A DNA stretch of 64,000 nt from Octopus sinensis (Eukaryota): contig NC_043002.1 in NCBI RefSeq assembly GCF_006345805.1, positions 84,072,001 through 84,136,000 of the forward strand, in the 5' to 3' direction. The notes under the pieces were generated by a model. The model was given only the letters and a program-made list of their open reading frames with translations. It made no database searches and was not told the origin of the DNA. Positions within the stretch are counted from its first letter, which is position 1. Each line of letters begins with the position of its first letter. Positions 62,166-64,000 of the stretch are shown here, piece after piece. The position numbers were made by a program, and so were the translations under genes.

Positions 62166-62576
62166 AAATTTTAATTGAAATGAATTGAAAAAATGATGAT
62201 GGACTCTCCCCTCATAAAGAACAGATGAGGGTTCCAGAATTTCTTCCCAAACAACCTGCAGAGATGGTTTGTTTACAGTGATCAAATGTTTGTGTTGTAC
62301 AATATCTCACTTTCTCCATTAAATCGATATTGCCTGCACAGGTGCCTCATGTCAGATGTTGAAGTGATCACAGAGCAACATGAAATAAAATTTTCTGCTC
62401 AAGGACATAATGCCACCACCCAATCCAAGAATTGAAACCACAACCTTGCAATCTTAAAAGTACAACACACTAACCACTAGACCATGTGCTTTCATACTAC
62501 ATCAATACTAAGCATGGACTTTATGACTCAAAAACACAAATTTAATTTTCTCAACGAATAAACTCAAAGAACTTAC

Positions 62577-62701
62577 CAGTTTCTTTATTGTCTGAGAAGT
62601 AGATACTACTTGGATTAAACCATTTCTTCTTTAGAGTGTGCGATATAACATCAATTACCTGGGGAGCATGTGGTGTTGAAGCATTGTAATCCAAGTAAAT
62701 T
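62577..62701 (-). CDS. SCLY: Selenocysteine lyase exon (IYLDYNASTPHAPQVIDVISHTLKKKWFNPSSIYFSDNKET G)
   Basis: tacag| acceptor, G|gtaag donor, 125 nt; YLDYNASTP and NPSS class-V PLP aminotransferase (NifS/SCL) motifs. Confidence 0.93.
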
Positions 62702-64000
62702 CTGTACAGAAAGAAAGGTAGAAATAAGTAAACATTTACATAATTACAAGTAAGAAAAAGTAGCAAATATACAAGTGTAAGATATTCCTACTGCAAATCA
62801 AATTACTTTTAGCTATGATGCTAGTTTATTGCAGGTAATTCTTATCCAGATGAAACCAGGTGCCTATTTTCCAGTTCGATGAAATGAAGTTAAGTGGAAG
62901 TGTTATCTCTGGAGACAATGAAAGAAATAAGATATTAAATCAGAAGTATAATTATTAATAAACCATTTAAATTTCTTAGGAAGACATGGGACAAAGTGGT
63001 GAGAAAGGATTTTCAGATGCTGGGCCTCACAAGGGACAGGGACTTGTGGCAATTTGCTGCACTTGAAGAGACATGTCAAGATAAGTAAAATCATGGCCAT
63101 CCATACATACAAGGTATGTCCTTAATGGCCATGCATCCCACTCCCTCTCCCAACTGAGAGGTCTTTGTCTTGCCAGTGCCATGTAAATGCATCCATGCCA
63201 GTGGCACATATAAAGCACCCTGCACACTCTGTAAAGTGGCTGGTGTTAGGAAGGGCATCCAGTCATAGAAATCATGCCAAAACAGACAATTGGAGTCCGG
63301 ACAACTCTGTGGCTGGCCAGCTCCTATCAAACCGTCAAACCCATGCCGGCATGGAAAACAGATGTTAAACAATGATGATGAATTACTAATACCCTCAGGC
63401 TTTATACCATTTGTTTCAGTTGCTTATAACTGATGGTACACAGCACCATGACTGGTAGGACAGGAAATAATCTACTCCTAAAATTCATATAGATCTTTAA
63501 TTTGCTAAGCTATTAAGCTATTCTGCCTAAACTTGCAAAATTTTTTTTGAAATGGAAAATAGACTCCTGCTAAGCATAAAATACGAAAATGTAAGAAACA
63601 CAGAGATAGATTAATGAATCTCACACACACACATAGGGAGAGAAGGAGAGAAAAAAAAAAGAATTTGTACCACCAAACCCAATCAATCAGTTCAGAAGAG
63701 TGCAAAATTGCAATGCACTGATTTTGACAAAGAATGGCTGGTTTGCCAAATGTCTGACTAAAATCTTCGGAACACCTAATTTGGCACCTCATAATATTCC
63801 GCTCCAAATTAACTTTAGTTGGTCATGCTTTTCCCCACTACAGGAGTTATTGTTTAGCTCCACGACAACCATAATCTAACAGGTCTATAATGAAAGATAT
63901 TCCATCCATGACTATACTGTCTTTTTCTATTTTTTCTACAGCTACATTACCAAATATGGTGTTCTTTTTCTACTGTTATGGCCTCTGCTCCTCACAGCTC

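Overview
AT-rich, repeat-dense eukaryotic DNA, most likely octopus (inferred from the SINE/LINE families; not verifiable without a search). Two convergent intron-rich genes were reconstructed by hand with canonical GT-AG junctions and consistent phases. B9D2 lies on + (3 coding exons, 7477-16188, 175 aa, complete CDS). Selenocysteine lyase SCLY lies on - (12 exons, 62701 down to 42535, about 420 aa; start exon not securely found). The rest is a TE landscape: a decayed mariner with a nested RTE insertion, many RTE LINE 3' ends carrying a ~60-bp tandem array, CR1-type fragments, tRNA-derived CORE-like and Nin-domain-like SINEs, non-autonomous Helitrons, TTAA- and hAT-type MITEs, and a truncated Penelope-like element. 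The most interesting signals: (1) at least seven hammerhead-ribozyme motifs in Penelope-type pseudo-LTRs, two with complete cores in sense orientation inside introns; (2) a tRNA-headed, hammerhead-bearing element with Penelope-style inverted ends, a candidate Penelope-dependent SINE; (3) a SINE-RTE chimeric insertion inside one 13-bp TSD; (4) a strand-specific cluster of TCGGG pentamers across 25-38 kb; (5) an unexplained degenerate 35-44 bp array downstream of SCLY. Exon coordinates are exact by manual count; TE boundaries are approximate unless TSD/TIR positions are given.
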